From Bacillota bacterium (lineage in GTDB: Bacteria; Bacillota; Clostridia; Peptostreptococcales; Anaerovoracaceae), in contig JBHBZU010000024.1 in the NCBI GenBank assembly GCA_041797745.1, positions 17,407 through 81,406 on the forward strand: a stretch of DNA of 64,000 nucleotides, written 5' to 3'. This document shows, one piece after another, positions 53,276 through 62,821 of the stretch (positions within the stretch are counted from its first letter, which is position 1; the number at the start of each line of letters is the position of its first letter). The position numbers were made by a program, and so were the translations under genes. Under the pieces are notes generated by a model. It ran no database searches and was not told the origin of the DNA. It saw nothing but the letters and a program-made list of their open reading frames with translations.

Positions 53276-55438
53276 ATGAACAAACATTTCAGACACCTTA
53301 GTATCGTGCTGGCTGTTATCATGATTCTCACTTGCAGCTTTTCATTTGCCTTTGCCGACGGGCAAAAGACCGATGCAGAGCTGTTTGGGAACATCCACAG
53401 CGACGATATCGTAATCCTTTTCACTAATGACGTTCATTGCGCCATTGATAATTACACTTACCTCGCGGCATACAGAGATGATGTTGCAGGCATAGCAAAG
53501 AAAGTAATTTTAGCTGACTGCGGTGACGCTGTTCAGGGAAAGGCAGTGGGAACTCTTACTAAGGGTACAGCTATTGTTGACATCATGAACGAAATGAAGT
53601 ACGACGTTGCCATTCCGGGTAACCACGAGTTTGATTACGGTATGGAACAGTTCTTCGCTAATGCTAAAGCACAAAAGGCAAAGTATATTTGCTCAAACTT
53701 CATGAGCAAGGGTCAGCAGGCTATGGATGGATATACTATCTTTACTGTTGGAGACAAAAAGATTGCTTTCGTTGCTGTAGACACACCTGAAACTATTACA
53801 AAATCAACACCTACTTTCTTCCAAGACGCTGAGGGAAAATATATCTACAGTTTTTGCGGAGACAAGACAGGCAAGGAACTTTACGCTCAGGTTCAGAAGA
53901 ATATTGACGCTGTTATGGCTGAAAAGCCTGACTATATTATCGGACTTTTCCACTGCGGTGAAGATCCGGCATCTACTCCTTGGATGAGTGCAGAAATCAT
54001 TGCAAATACTACCGGCTTCAATGCTGTATTAGACGGACATTCCCATACAGTTGACAAGGGAACTGTGGTAAAGGATAAGGCAGGCAAGGAAGTTCTTTTG
54101 GCACAGACAGGTACTGAACTTAAGAACGTAGGTCAGTTGGCAATCCATAGCGACGGCAAGATGAGCGCTTCTTTAGTATCTTTAGGTGCTGAGGGCGAAT
54201 ACACTAAGACCAATGCTTCCATGAGCAAGTTTTTAAAAGCTATCAATGAAAAGAATGATGAACTTTTGAACAAGGTTATCGGTAAATCCGACGTTAATCT
54301 CACCTTAAAGGGTTTAGACGGTCAGCGCGGAGTAAGAAAGTATGAATCAAATCTCGGAGATTTCTCCGCAGATGCATACAAGGCGGTTATGGGAGCGGAT
54401 ATTGCGTTCGTAAATGGCGGCGGTATCAGAGCCGACATCAAAAAGGGTGATATTACTTACGGAAATGTAATTGCAGTACATCCTTTCAACAATGCAGCTT
54501 GCCTTATCGAAGCAACAGGACAGCAGATTTTGGACGCTTTGGAATTTGCTTATCGCGGTACACCTACTGAAGAAATCGGCGGTTTTCTTCAGGTTTCAGG
54601 AATGACTTGTAATGTTAACACTACTATCGCTTCAAGCGTAGTAATGGATGAAAACAAGGCATTCGTTAAGGTTGACGGCGCGCGCAGAGTATCCGACGTA
54701 AAGGTTAACGGCGTTGCTCTCGACCCTAAGAAGACATATAAGCTGGCTTCACACAACTATATGCTTAAGAACGGCGGAGACGGATTTACCATGTTCAAGG
54801 GTAACAAAATTCTCCTCGACAGCATTATGCTGGATAATGAAGTTCTTATCACATATGTGAAAGAAAACTTAAAGGGAACTATTCCTGCAACTTATGCACA
54901 GCCACAGGGACGTATCGTAATATCCGCACCTTTTGTGGATACTTACAACCACTGGGCAGGTGAGTTTGTAGCTTACACTTACCGTGCAGGTATTATCAAG
55001 GGTACATCTGCTACAACTTTCTCACCTAAGGCTACCATGACAAAAGAAGCTTTCCTTACTACTCTTGGAAGAATGGGCGGAGTTAAAGAAGCTGCCGAGG
55101 GCGAGTACTGGGCAGATCCGTTCGTAAAATGGGCACAGGAAAACAAGATTTGCGAAACTGAGGGCTTTAAGGGTAAAGACGCTATTACCAGAATGGAAAT
55201 GGCTGAATACATTTACAAGTTCTATATTCACGAGGGAAAGGGTCCGGTAGGCTCTTGGGCGATTAAGCTGGACTACAAGGACATTTCAAATGTGGAGGAC
55301 ACTTCCGCTATTATGTTCAATACCATTAAAGGTTTCTTCGGCGGATATCCTGACGGCACATTCGGAGTTGCAAATACAGCTAACAGAGCTGAAGTTTCCA
55401 AGGTTCTGTCACTGGTACATCAGGATTTAAATAAGTAA
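53276..55438 (+). CDS. Secreted bifunctional metallophosphatase/5'-nucleotidase with C-terminal SLH cell-wall anchoring domains
   Basis: Signal peptide. Calcineurin-like motifs (NDVHC, GDAVQG, GNHEFD). 5'-nucleotidase C-terminal domain. SLH modules follow (FVDTYNHWAGEFVAYTYRAGIIKG..., YWADPFVKWAQENKI...). Confidence 0.8.
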   Translation: MNKHFRHLSIVLAVIMILTCSFSFAFADGQKTDAELFGNIHSDDIVILFTNDVHCAIDNYTYLAAYRDDVAGIAKKVILADCGDAVQGKAVGTLTKGTAIVDIMNEMKYDVAIPGNHEFDYGMEQFFANAKAQKAKYICSNFMSKGQQAMDGYTIFTVGDKKIAFVAVDTPETITKSTPTFFQDAEGKYIYSFCGDKTGKELYAQVQKNIDAVMAEKPDYIIGLFHCGEDPASTPWMSAEIIANTTGFNAVLDGHSHTVDKGTVVKDKAGKEVLLAQTGTELKNVGQLAIHSDGKMSASLVSLGAEGEYTKTNASMSKFLKAINEKNDELLNKVIGKSDVNLTLKGLDGQRGVRKYESNLGDFSADAYKAVMGADIAFVNGGGIRADIKKGDITYGNVIAVHPFNNAACLIEATGQQILDALEFAYRGTPTEEIGGFLQVSGMTCNVNTTIASSVVMDENKAFVKVDGARRVSDVKVNGVALDPKKTYKLASHNYMLKNGGDGFTMFKGNKILLDSIMLDNEVLITYVKENLKGTIPATYAQPQGRIVISAPFVDTYNHWAGEFVAYTYRAGIIKGTSATTFSPKATMTKEAFLTTLGRMGGVKEAAEGEYWADPFVKWAQENKICETEGFKGKDAITRMEMAEYIYKFYIHEGKGPVGSWAIKLDYKDISNVEDTSAIMFNTIKGFFGGYPDGTFGVANTANRAEVSKVLSLVHQDLNK

Positions 55439-55448
55439 AAACAATAAC

Positions 55449-55483
55449 GTGGGAAGTCGAATTTCGGCTTCCCGCTTTTTTTA
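55449..55483 (+). terminator. Rho-independent terminator
   Basis: GTGGGAAGTCG-AATTT-CGGCTTCCCGC followed by TTTTTTT. Confidence 0.85.
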
Positions 55484-55512
55484 TATCAAGCTTTGCTTAC
55501 ATGAATTTAAGA

Positions 55513-55570
55513 AAAAACGTACACGCTGAACAATAGGCTTATAGGATAAAAACGTACATGCTGAACAATA
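55513..55570 (+). repeat. Two 23-nt direct repeats, 35-bp period, upstream of the Fe-ADH gene
   Basis: AAAAACGTACACGCTGAACAATA (55513-55535) and AAAAACGTACATGCTGAACAATA (55548-55570) differ at one position. Confidence 0.85.
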
Positions 55571-55716
55571 CCGTGGAAACATAGCAAAAAATATATTTTT
55601 AAGTAATTTTTACGTAAGGAATTTTTAAGGAATGAAAACCTTGCAAATGCTTTACTTTGCACCTTACAGAGTATAATATTAAATGGGGTATATTTTACCT
55701 ACGAAAAGGAGAAATT

Positions 55717-56871
55717 ATGGCAAGAGAGTTTAGAATACCTGAAAAGGTTTTCACAGGGGAAAATTCATTGGAGCTGGCAAGTCAGCAGATTGCACAGATG
55801 GGCAAGAGGGCACTGATAGTAAGCGGAAAGGTCATGACCAAACTTGGCAATGTTGCCAAGTTGGAGGCAGTACTGGACAAGGTAGACGTAGAGCATATAT
55901 TGTTCAATGATATTTTAGGGGAACCCACCGATGTTATGATTGAGGCGGGAGCAAAGGCTTACCTTAAGGGTGGCTGCGACTTCCTCATTGCTTTAGGCGG
56001 AGGTAGCCCGCTGGATTCGATGAAAGCCATTGGTATACTGGTGGCAGGCGAGAAAAAACTGACCGATTATATGGGGCAGATGGTAGACTTGCCGATTCCG
56101 AAAATGGTAGCTATTCCTACAACAGCTGGGACGGGTTCCGAAGCGACACAGTTTACCATTATCACTGACTCTGAAAAGAGCGTAAAGATGTTACTTAAGG
56201 GACCTTGTCTTCTTCCGGATATGGCAATTGTGGATTCTCAGTTTACGGTCAGCGCATCCCCCGAAATTACTGCGAATACCGGTCTTGACGCTTTTTGTCA
56301 TTGCACAGAAAGCTATACTTCAAGAAAGTCTCAGCCCATAGCTGACACCTATGCACTTTCGGCGGTTAGGAGGCTTTATCATAACTTGCCTTTGGCTTTC
56401 GACAATGGGGAGAATTTAGAGGCAAGAGAACAGCTGGCTTTGGGTGCATTGGAAGCGGGTTTTTCTTTCAACAACAGCTCCGTTACGGTTATTCATGGAA
56501 TGAGCAGACCTATCGGTGCCATGTATCACATTCCTCACGGGCTTTCCAACGCAATGCTTTTGAAAGTTTGCTATCGCAATGTGCTGGAGGGCGCATACGA
56601 ACGTTTCGCTGATTTGGGCAGAGCCATCGGCGTAGCTGAACCTGAGGAGGAGAACAAAATTGCCGCTGAAAAATTCCTTGAAGCCACTGAAAAATTGGTG
56701 GAGGACTTGAAAATACCTACCCTTGCAGAGTATGGAATTGACCGTGATGACTTCTTTGCAAATATTGATAAGATGACTCATGACGCAATGGAGTCAGGTA
56801 GCCCGCAGAATACAAGAAAAGAGCTTAAAGAAGAGGATATTAAAGAGATGTACCGTCAGCTGTGGGACTAG
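55717..56871 (+). CDS. Iron-containing (group III) alcohol dehydrogenase
   Basis: The ATG at 55717 follows AAAGGAGAA. GGGSPLD NAD-binding motif, and His-rich metal site (HCTESY, VIHGMS, HGLSNA). Confidence 0.85.
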   Translation: MAREFRIPEKVFTGENSLELASQQIAQMGKRALIVSGKVMTKLGNVAKLEAVLDKVDVEHILFNDILGEPTDVMIEAGAKAYLKGGCDFLIALGGGSPLDSMKAIGILVAGEKKLTDYMGQMVDLPIPKMVAIPTTAGTGSEATQFTIITDSEKSVKMLLKGPCLLPDMAIVDSQFTVSASPEITANTGLDAFCHCTESYTSRKSQPIADTYALSAVRRLYHNLPLAFDNGENLEAREQLALGALEAGFSFNNSSVTVIHGMSRPIGAMYHIPHGLSNAMLLKVCYRNVLEGAYERFADLGRAIGVAEPEEENKIAAEKFLEATEKLVEDLKIPTLAEYGIDRDDFFANIDKMTHDAMESGSPQNTRKELKEEDIKEMYRQLWD

Positions 56872-56940
56872 TTGGCAGTGCTTTTAGCAAGATATTTTTA
56901 GTTAGAAAAACATTTAGAGTATTAGACAGAAAGGTATTTT

Positions 56941-58644
56941 ATGAATAATAGGCCAAAGCATAAGCTAAGAAAAAGTTTGCTTTTAGCAGCCATTCCTGTG
57001 ATTGCAATCGCAATTCTGTGCATTTCCTTAAGCGGAATAGGTATCGGATATATTAAGCCTGCACCGATTCACATCTTTGAAGAGGATATTGCAACTCAAA
57101 ATTTCGCAGATATTGAGCTGGATATGAAAGCTGTCGATAAGGCGATATCAGATTTTGACGGATATGGGATGATGACTCTCCTGCGAATTTATTTAGGGGG
57201 AAGCACCGATGAGATGATTGAAAGATACGACGGAATGTTAACTTTCAGGGAAGAGTTGGATGAGGCTTTATGTATTTTAGGGGTTTTAAGCGACATGGAT
57301 TTAAGTGATTCCAAAGCCAGAGAAAATTATGAAACCCTTTTTGAAAAATCTTTAGAAATTGATTCAGACATATCGTTATATGTGGACAGTTTACCTTTGC
57401 GTTTTGATAAGAACAAGATTTGCAAGGCTTTAGGCTTTGAAAATCTTGAGACAATGGAAACAAGCATATTCGACGAGGAAAACGGGGCTCTTACAAATAG
57501 CGAATTAACAAAGCTGGAGGGTGAGTATCTTGCCCAAATGACTGAGGCGGAAAATCAACCTGACGAAAAGCAAAGAAAAGAAATGGCAGAAATTCTTGTA
57601 AAGCAGATTGCTGAAAGAAATAAGCTGGCAAAGGATTACGGTTATGATAACTATGCACAGATGGTTTATGATGAAGCCTCCGTGTCCATCGAAGATGTTG
57701 AAGCTTTAGAAGAGGCTATAAAAGAAGTAGGTAAAGGCTATCCTCTAATATATGATTATAGATATAGTGCGGTGAGCTTTGAATTTGAATTTCCATTTTA
57801 TGATATTTCGGAAATTAAGTCTGCTATGAAGAAGCAATTATCACAGTTTGACGGGAAAATGTTATCCGCTTTTGAAAAAATGGACGAAAGAGGGATGATT
57901 ATTTTTACCAACAGTTCCGACGCTTCAATGAGCGGTTATACCTATGGCGAAATGCGTTTATTGGGTTCGCCTATTATCTATAACTACTATGCTCAAGATT
58001 TTAACGGAATGAACGGTTGCTTTCATGAGTTTGGACATGCTTATGCGGGAGTGGTAAGCCAAGGGAAAAAACCTACCTACGTAAGTACGGAGGATTGTGT
58101 TCAAGAGATTCAATCAACCGGTCTTGAGGCACTTTTGACCGGCGGATATTCCTCAATATTTAAAAGTAATGAAGTGGACTTTGCCAAATGCGTTGTAGCA
58201 GCCTATATATATGACCAGATTGTTATTTCCGCCGCAACGGAAAAGTTTGAACGGGGTTTGTACACCATGAAGAAACCTACTGCTAAAAAAATTAATGCTT
58301 GGTATAAAAAATGCTGGGAAGAATTTGATTTGGGCGCCAGTGAGCCTTACGATTTTGTTCATACACATCATTATTTTGATTTACCATGTTACCAGCAAAA
58401 TTATCTGCTTTCATATTTTGCGTCCTCACAGCTGCTGCTTATGGCGGACAAAGATTTTGCAGGAGCAAAGGCGGCGTACTTAAAGGCTGCAAGTTATGGA
58501 GTGGATAGCAACAAGGGCTATAACGAAGTAGTAAGTGATATGGGGCTTACCAACATCGAAGATGTTAAAAATGTAAAGAAGTTCCTGAAAGATTACGGCG
58601 GTTTCTTAACAGAAAAGATTGCAAATAACTTGAATATTTCTTAA
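56941..58644 (+). CDS. Membrane-anchored HEXXH zinc metallopeptidase, distantly M3/oligoendopeptidase-like
   Basis: N-terminal TM anchor (LLLAAIPVIAIAILCISL). HEXXH motif in GCFHEFGHAYAG. Mostly helical and acidic ectodomain. The family assignment is tentative. Confidence 0.5.
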   Translation: MNNRPKHKLRKSLLLAAIPVIAIAILCISLSGIGIGYIKPAPIHIFEEDIATQNFADIELDMKAVDKAISDFDGYGMMTLLRIYLGGSTDEMIERYDGMLTFREELDEALCILGVLSDMDLSDSKARENYETLFEKSLEIDSDISLYVDSLPLRFDKNKICKALGFENLETMETSIFDEENGALTNSELTKLEGEYLAQMTEAENQPDEKQRKEMAEILVKQIAERNKLAKDYGYDNYAQMVYDEASVSIEDVEALEEAIKEVGKGYPLIYDYRYSAVSFEFEFPFYDISEIKSAMKKQLSQFDGKMLSAFEKMDERGMIIFTNSSDASMSGYTYGEMRLLGSPIIYNYYAQDFNGMNGCFHEFGHAYAGVVSQGKKPTYVSTEDCVQEIQSTGLEALLTGGYSSIFKSNEVDFAKCVVAAYIYDQIVISAATEKFERGLYTMKKPTAKKINAWYKKCWEEFDLGASEPYDFVHTHHYFDLPCYQQNYLLSYFASSQLLLMADKDFAGAKAAYLKAASYGVDSNKGYNEVVSDMGLTNIEDVKNVKKFLKDYGGFLTEKIANNLNIS

Positions 58645-58722
58645 AATGATAAAGGATATGATGAAATAGATTATCATAAAACAAGTGTTGATTAAATTTT
58701 GGATTGGAAGTGTTTGATAATT

Positions 58723-59967
58723 ATGAAAGTAAATGTACTGAATTTCATGGAGGGTATTAGCAAAGCCCAGCACGTAATAAACGAAGAGGTCGGCAGACAC
58801 CAGCAGCAAGTGGCGTTTCTGTCATATTGTTTGGCAAAAAAGTTACGGTTTTCGCATTTAGAAATTGAGAGACTGGTAGTGGCAGGACTATGTCATGATA
58901 TAGGAGCCCTTTCTTTAGCGGAGCAGAAAATCGCAATAAAGGGTGTCTCCATAAGCATAAATTCACACGCATTTAGGGGTGCATATCTTATGGAAAGATA
59001 TATGCCTGAACTTGAAATATCAAATATAATAAAATATCATCATTACAACTGGGACAACGGAAATGCGATTTTAGAAAATCCTGATATGCCGATTCAAAGT
59101 GGGCTGGTTCATCTTGCGGATAGGGTATGCTCAAAAATTTTGGCGACATCCTCTGTATTGACTACAATAGATGAAATCAAACAATATGTTGAAAACGGCA
59201 GAGGAAAAGAATTTTCTAGTGAACACGTAGACGCTTTTCATGCTTTAGCAGATCAGGAATGGCTTTGGCTTGGGCTTATATCAGACAACCCCGTTGAGAA
59301 AATTGATAAAGATTACTTTTCATGTATTGAGGTAGATATTGAGAGAGTTGTTAACTGGTCCAAGTTGTATTCTCAAATCATTGACTTTAGAAGCCCGTTT
59401 ACAGCCACACATTCTGCCTCGGTTGCCATAACTGCGATGAAATTAGCCGAACTTATGAATTTTTCTTCTAAGGATTGCAAAAAGATGTTGGCTGCCGGTT
59501 ACCTGCACGATTTAGGTAAGCTAACCGTTGATAATTTAATATTAGAAAAAGATTCCTCTCTCACCAAAGATGAATTTGCTGTAATACGCACACATACTTA
59601 TTATACGTATTACCTTTTGGATGAAATTTATGGAATGGGTGAAATTAAAGAATGGGCGGCATATCATCATGAGAAAATCAACGGTAACGGCTACCCGTTC
59701 CACCTTGCTGAACCGGATTTGAGTTTAGGAGCGAGAATAATGGCTGTTGCTGATGTTTTCTCGGCTCTCACTGAAGAAAGACCATATAAAAAAGCCTTAT
59801 CAAAGGAGGAAGTAACGGAGATTCTAAATAAAATGGTTAAAAATTTAACTCTGGATGGAAATATTGTAGCCGTTTTGGAAGAAAATTTCGATTTGCTGAC
59901 TCAAAATTGTTTTTCAGCTAAAGTGTCTGCCATTAAAGAATATGAAATGCTTTATAGCATAAGTTAA
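58723..59967 (+). CDS. Tandem HD / HD-GYP domain protein (putative c-di-GMP phosphodiesterase)
   Basis: The first HD domain (LCHDIGAL, YHHYNWDNG) lacks a GYP motif. The second (GYLHDLGKL, HHEKINGNGYP) carries a canonical HD-GYP signature. Confidence 0.75.
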   Translation: MKVNVLNFMEGISKAQHVINEEVGRHQQQVAFLSYCLAKKLRFSHLEIERLVVAGLCHDIGALSLAEQKIAIKGVSISINSHAFRGAYLMERYMPELEISNIIKYHHYNWDNGNAILENPDMPIQSGLVHLADRVCSKILATSSVLTTIDEIKQYVENGRGKEFSSEHVDAFHALADQEWLWLGLISDNPVEKIDKDYFSCIEVDIERVVNWSKLYSQIIDFRSPFTATHSASVAITAMKLAELMNFSSKDCKKMLAAGYLHDLGKLTVDNLILEKDSSLTKDEFAVIRTHTYYTYYLLDEIYGMGEIKEWAAYHHEKINGNGYPFHLAEPDLSLGARIMAVADVFSALTEERPYKKALSKEEVTEILNKMVKNLTLDGNIVAVLEENFDLLTQNCFSAKVSAIKEYEMLYSIS

Positions 59968-60050
59968 TCGCATTCTGCGATATTTTCAAAAAGCTACGCA
60001 ATGCATGGCGGATTTGAAAAGATATTTAGATAATTTTGGAGGTGCATTTC

Positions 60051-60167
60051 ATGGCAGAAGAAAATAAAGAGGTAGTTATTGTAGATGATAAAACTATACA
60101 AGAAAAAATATATTTAATTCGTGGGTAAAAAGTAATGCTTGATTTGGTTCATAGATTATCCGGTTAA
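60051..60167 (+). pseudogene. ORF6N-domain gene remnant with a premature stop
   Basis: MAEENKEVVIVDDKTIQEKIYLIRG-stop-KVMLDLVHRLSG-stop. The IY.IRG(Q)KVMLD block is the ORF6N N-terminal signature. A TAA at 60126 sits where CAA (Gln) is expected, and the rest of the gene is deleted. Confidence 0.6.
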
Positions 60168-60190
60168 TTACAAGGTGGTGAGACGAATAT

Positions 60191-60409
60191 ATGCCTTTCC
60201 AAATCGTTAGAAACGACATTACAAAAATGCATGTTGATGCCATAGTGAATACAGCGAACCATATGCATGGATATGGTGCGGGGATTGATAGCGCTGTCTA
60301 TGGAAAGCAGATATTGATCGTGATTACGAGAAGCGCGGTAAGAAGAACGGAGGGAGGGCAAAATAATGATTGGAGCAATTATTGGAGATATTGTCGGAAG
60401 TCCTTATGA
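60191..60409 (+). pseudogene. Macro-domain (ADP-ribose-binding/hydrolase) gene remnant
   Basis: MPFQIVRNDITKMHVDAIVNTAN is a typical macro-domain N-terminus. Similarity is lost after about 40 aa, and the ORF ends at 72 aa against the roughly 170 aa expected. Confidence 0.6.
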
Positions 60410-60419
60410 ATTTGATTGA
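60366..60419 (+). pseudogene. ADP-ribosylglycohydrolase gene remnant (first 17 codons only)
   Basis: MIGAIIGDIVGSPYEFD-stop matches the conserved N-terminus of Firmicute ADP-ribosylglycohydrolase family proteins. Confidence 0.5.
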
Positions 60420-60515
60420 GGTGAAAAGATAAAGGATTTTGGTTCATTCATCAAAGTATCAAAGGAGACGCGAAAAGCCCATAAAATAAAGACTTTTAAA
60501 GGAGATATTAAAGAA

Positions 60516-61607
60516 ATGAAACTAGGGATCGTAGGCTTGCCAAATGTGGGCAAGAGTACACTTTTTAACGCTATAACCAAAGCAGGTGCGGAAGCTGCAA
60601 ACTACCCCTTTTGCACCATTGAACCGAATGTAGGGGTGGTAACCGTTCCTGATGAACGAATCACTAAACTCCATGAGATTTACAATTCTAAAAAGACCGT
60701 ATATGCTACTATCGAGTTCTGTGACATTGCAGGCTTGGTTAAGGGTGCCTCAAAGGGAGAGGGACTGGGAAACAAGTTCCTCGGTCATATCAGAGAAGTG
60801 GAAGCAATTGTTCATGTAGTAAGATGCTTTGAGAATGAAAACATTGTCCATGTTGACGGGCATATCGACCCTGAAAATGACATAGAAACCATTAACATGG
60901 AACTGATTTTATCTGATATGGAAATTTTGGAGCGCCGTATCAATAAGACTAAAAGCGGTATGAAAGGTGGCGACAAGAGTCAGGTTCACGCCCTTACGGT
61001 AATGGAAGAAGTCTATGCTTGGCTTGCAGACGGCAAAAATGCCAGAGCAATGGACTTGGAAGAAGAGGATTTAGACTTTGTTAAGTCACTGGGTTTGCTT
61101 TCTTTTAAACCCATTATCTACGTTGCAAACGTTTCCGATGATGAAGCTGCCACCGGTAACGAATATACTGAAAAGGTTCGTAAGTTGGCTGAAGCTGAGG
61201 GCTCACAGACCGTTGTTATCTGTGCCGAAATTGAAGCTGAACTGGCAGAAATGGAAGATGATGAAAGAGCTGAATTTTTGGCGGATATGGGTATAGAAGA
61301 AAGCGGTTTGGACAAACTGGTAAAGGCTTCTTACGCATTGCTGGATTTAATTTCTTTCCTCACCGCAGGTGAGGACGAATGTCGTGCATGGACTATTCGT
61401 CGCGGCACTAAAGCTCCGCAGGCTGCGGGAAAGATTCATACAGACTTCGAGAAAGGCTTCATAAGGGCGGAAACTATTGCTTACAATAACTTCATTGAGG
61501 TTGGCGGCAGCATGGGGGCGGCTAGAGAAAAGGGGATGTTGCGCTCCGAGGGTAAAGAATACATCGTTAAAGACGGCGACATCATTAACTTCCTCTTTAA
61601 CGTGTAA
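60516..61607 (+). CDS. ychF: Ribosome-binding ATPase YchF
   Basis: 363 aa. G1 GLPNVGKST, NKF-type specificity region, and a C-terminal TGS domain (GKEYIVKDGDIINFLFNV). Confidence 0.95.
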   Translation: MKLGIVGLPNVGKSTLFNAITKAGAEAANYPFCTIEPNVGVVTVPDERITKLHEIYNSKKTVYATIEFCDIAGLVKGASKGEGLGNKFLGHIREVEAIVHVVRCFENENIVHVDGHIDPENDIETINMELILSDMEILERRINKTKSGMKGGDKSQVHALTVMEEVYAWLADGKNARAMDLEEEDLDFVKSLGLLSFKPIIYVANVSDDEAATGNEYTEKVRKLAEAEGSQTVVICAEIEAELAEMEDDERAEFLADMGIEESGLDKLVKASYALLDLISFLTAGEDECRAWTIRRGTKAPQAAGKIHTDFEKGFIRAETIAYNNFIEVGGSMGAAREKGMLRSEGKEYIVKDGDIINFLFNV

Positions 61608-61650
61608 AGGGTAAGGACGAACTTGAAATATCGAATGTAAGGGAAAAATT

Positions 61651-62541
61651 ATGAACAGATTAGGAAAACAGCATTTTATAGGCTTCGGGGCAACCATTGC
61701 TTCAGCTATTATGTTCGGATTTTTGCCGCTGCTGGTTATAAGCATATGCGCAGGGGGAACCAATACCCTTTCTTGCGTTATTATGAGATTTTCAGTGGCA
61801 CTTCCCATGGTGCTGGTATATCTTGTGGTCAAAAAAATCCCACTTGGTTTAACCTTACGAGAGTTTTTGGACATTGTGCTCATCAGCGTATTTGGCTTTG
61901 GCGGTACTTCGGTGCTTCTTTTCAGCTCTTACAATTATATATCTTCAGGACTTTCAACCACACTTCACTATCTTTATCCTATAATAGTGACCATGGTCTG
62001 CCTGTTTATATTTAAGGAAAAGGCGGGAAAAGGTCTTTTCATGGCACTTGGACTTTGTTTTTTCGGGGTGGTAATGTTCTATTCAGGAGACGGAGTGGTT
62101 GATACAAGAGGTATCCTTTTGGCTACAGCTTCAGCCATGACTTACAGCTTTTACACTATCTACCTCGGACACTCATCCCTTAAGGGGATGAATGACTACA
62201 AGGTCATGTTCTATATTACGCTGGTATCTGACATCGTTATTTTCATTATGGCAACGGCAATGAATCAACTGGACTTCTCCATAACACTCAAGGCTTGGGG
62301 AATAGTTTTGCTCTTCGCTTTCTTGGCGGCTTTTGTGGGAACGGTGGGCTATCAGATTGGCGTAAAGTATGTAGGAGGTCAATACGCCTCCATCATCTCC
62401 ACCTTTGAGCCCTTGACTTCGGTTGTAGTGGGGGCTACGATACTGGAGGAAGCTTTGAATTTCCGTTCTGTAATAGGGATTATTTCTATTTTGACAGCAG
62501 TTATAATCATCGGTATTTATGGTGAAAAATTTGATATGTAG
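61651..62541 (+). CDS. EamA/DMT superfamily transporter
   Basis: 296 aa with 10 predicted TM helices in two EamA-like halves. Confidence 0.75.
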   Translation: MNRLGKQHFIGFGATIASAIMFGFLPLLVISICAGGTNTLSCVIMRFSVALPMVLVYLVVKKIPLGLTLREFLDIVLISVFGFGGTSVLLFSSYNYISSGLSTTLHYLYPIIVTMVCLFIFKEKAGKGLFMALGLCFFGVVMFYSGDGVVDTRGILLATASAMTYSFYTIYLGHSSLKGMNDYKVMFYITLVSDIVIFIMATAMNQLDFSITLKAWGIVLLFAFLAAFVGTVGYQIGVKYVGGQYASIISTFEPLTSVVVGATILEEALNFRSVIGIISILTAVIIIGIYGEKFDM

Positions 62542-62546
62542 ATTAG

Positions 62547-62577
62547 ACGCAGCAGTATTAAAACTGTTGCGTTTTTA
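62547..62577 (+). terminator. Rho-independent terminator
   Basis: ACGCAGCAG-TATTAAAA-CTGTTGCGT (one G-T pair) followed by TTTTT. Confidence 0.75.
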
Positions 62578-62821
62578 GTTGGGACTAAAAAGATTAAATA
62601 TAGAAAAAGTAAATTGCTTCCATTTATCATATATTTACAAAAGAAAAAAGTTGATTTACCTGTAATTTACCTATAATTTTGTAAAACTCCGATTGCTTTT
62701 TATTTTTTTAAACTGTACAATTTAGATACAAATATTACGTAAATTTTTATTTATTTAAAAAGAATGATTTACCCTGTTGAGATGAAATTGTTTTTTAGGC
62801 GGGTATAGGAGGGAATATAAA

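Noticed and set aside
61347-61883. Minus-strand 178-aa ORF spanning the ychF 3' end and the DMT transporter 5' end.
   Set aside because: It is antisense to two well-supported genes, has low-complexity composition and lacks an RBS. The same reasoning applies to the other antisense or alternative-frame track ORFs inside long genes. Examples: 2926-3369, 10198-10527, 12480-12866, 12596-13051, 16497-16946, 16974-17417, 21245-21601, 25356-25796, 26944-27255, 37276-37665, 40346-40735, 41017-41400, 44562-44909, 45833-46225, 48188-48544, 52486-52923 and 56416-56781.
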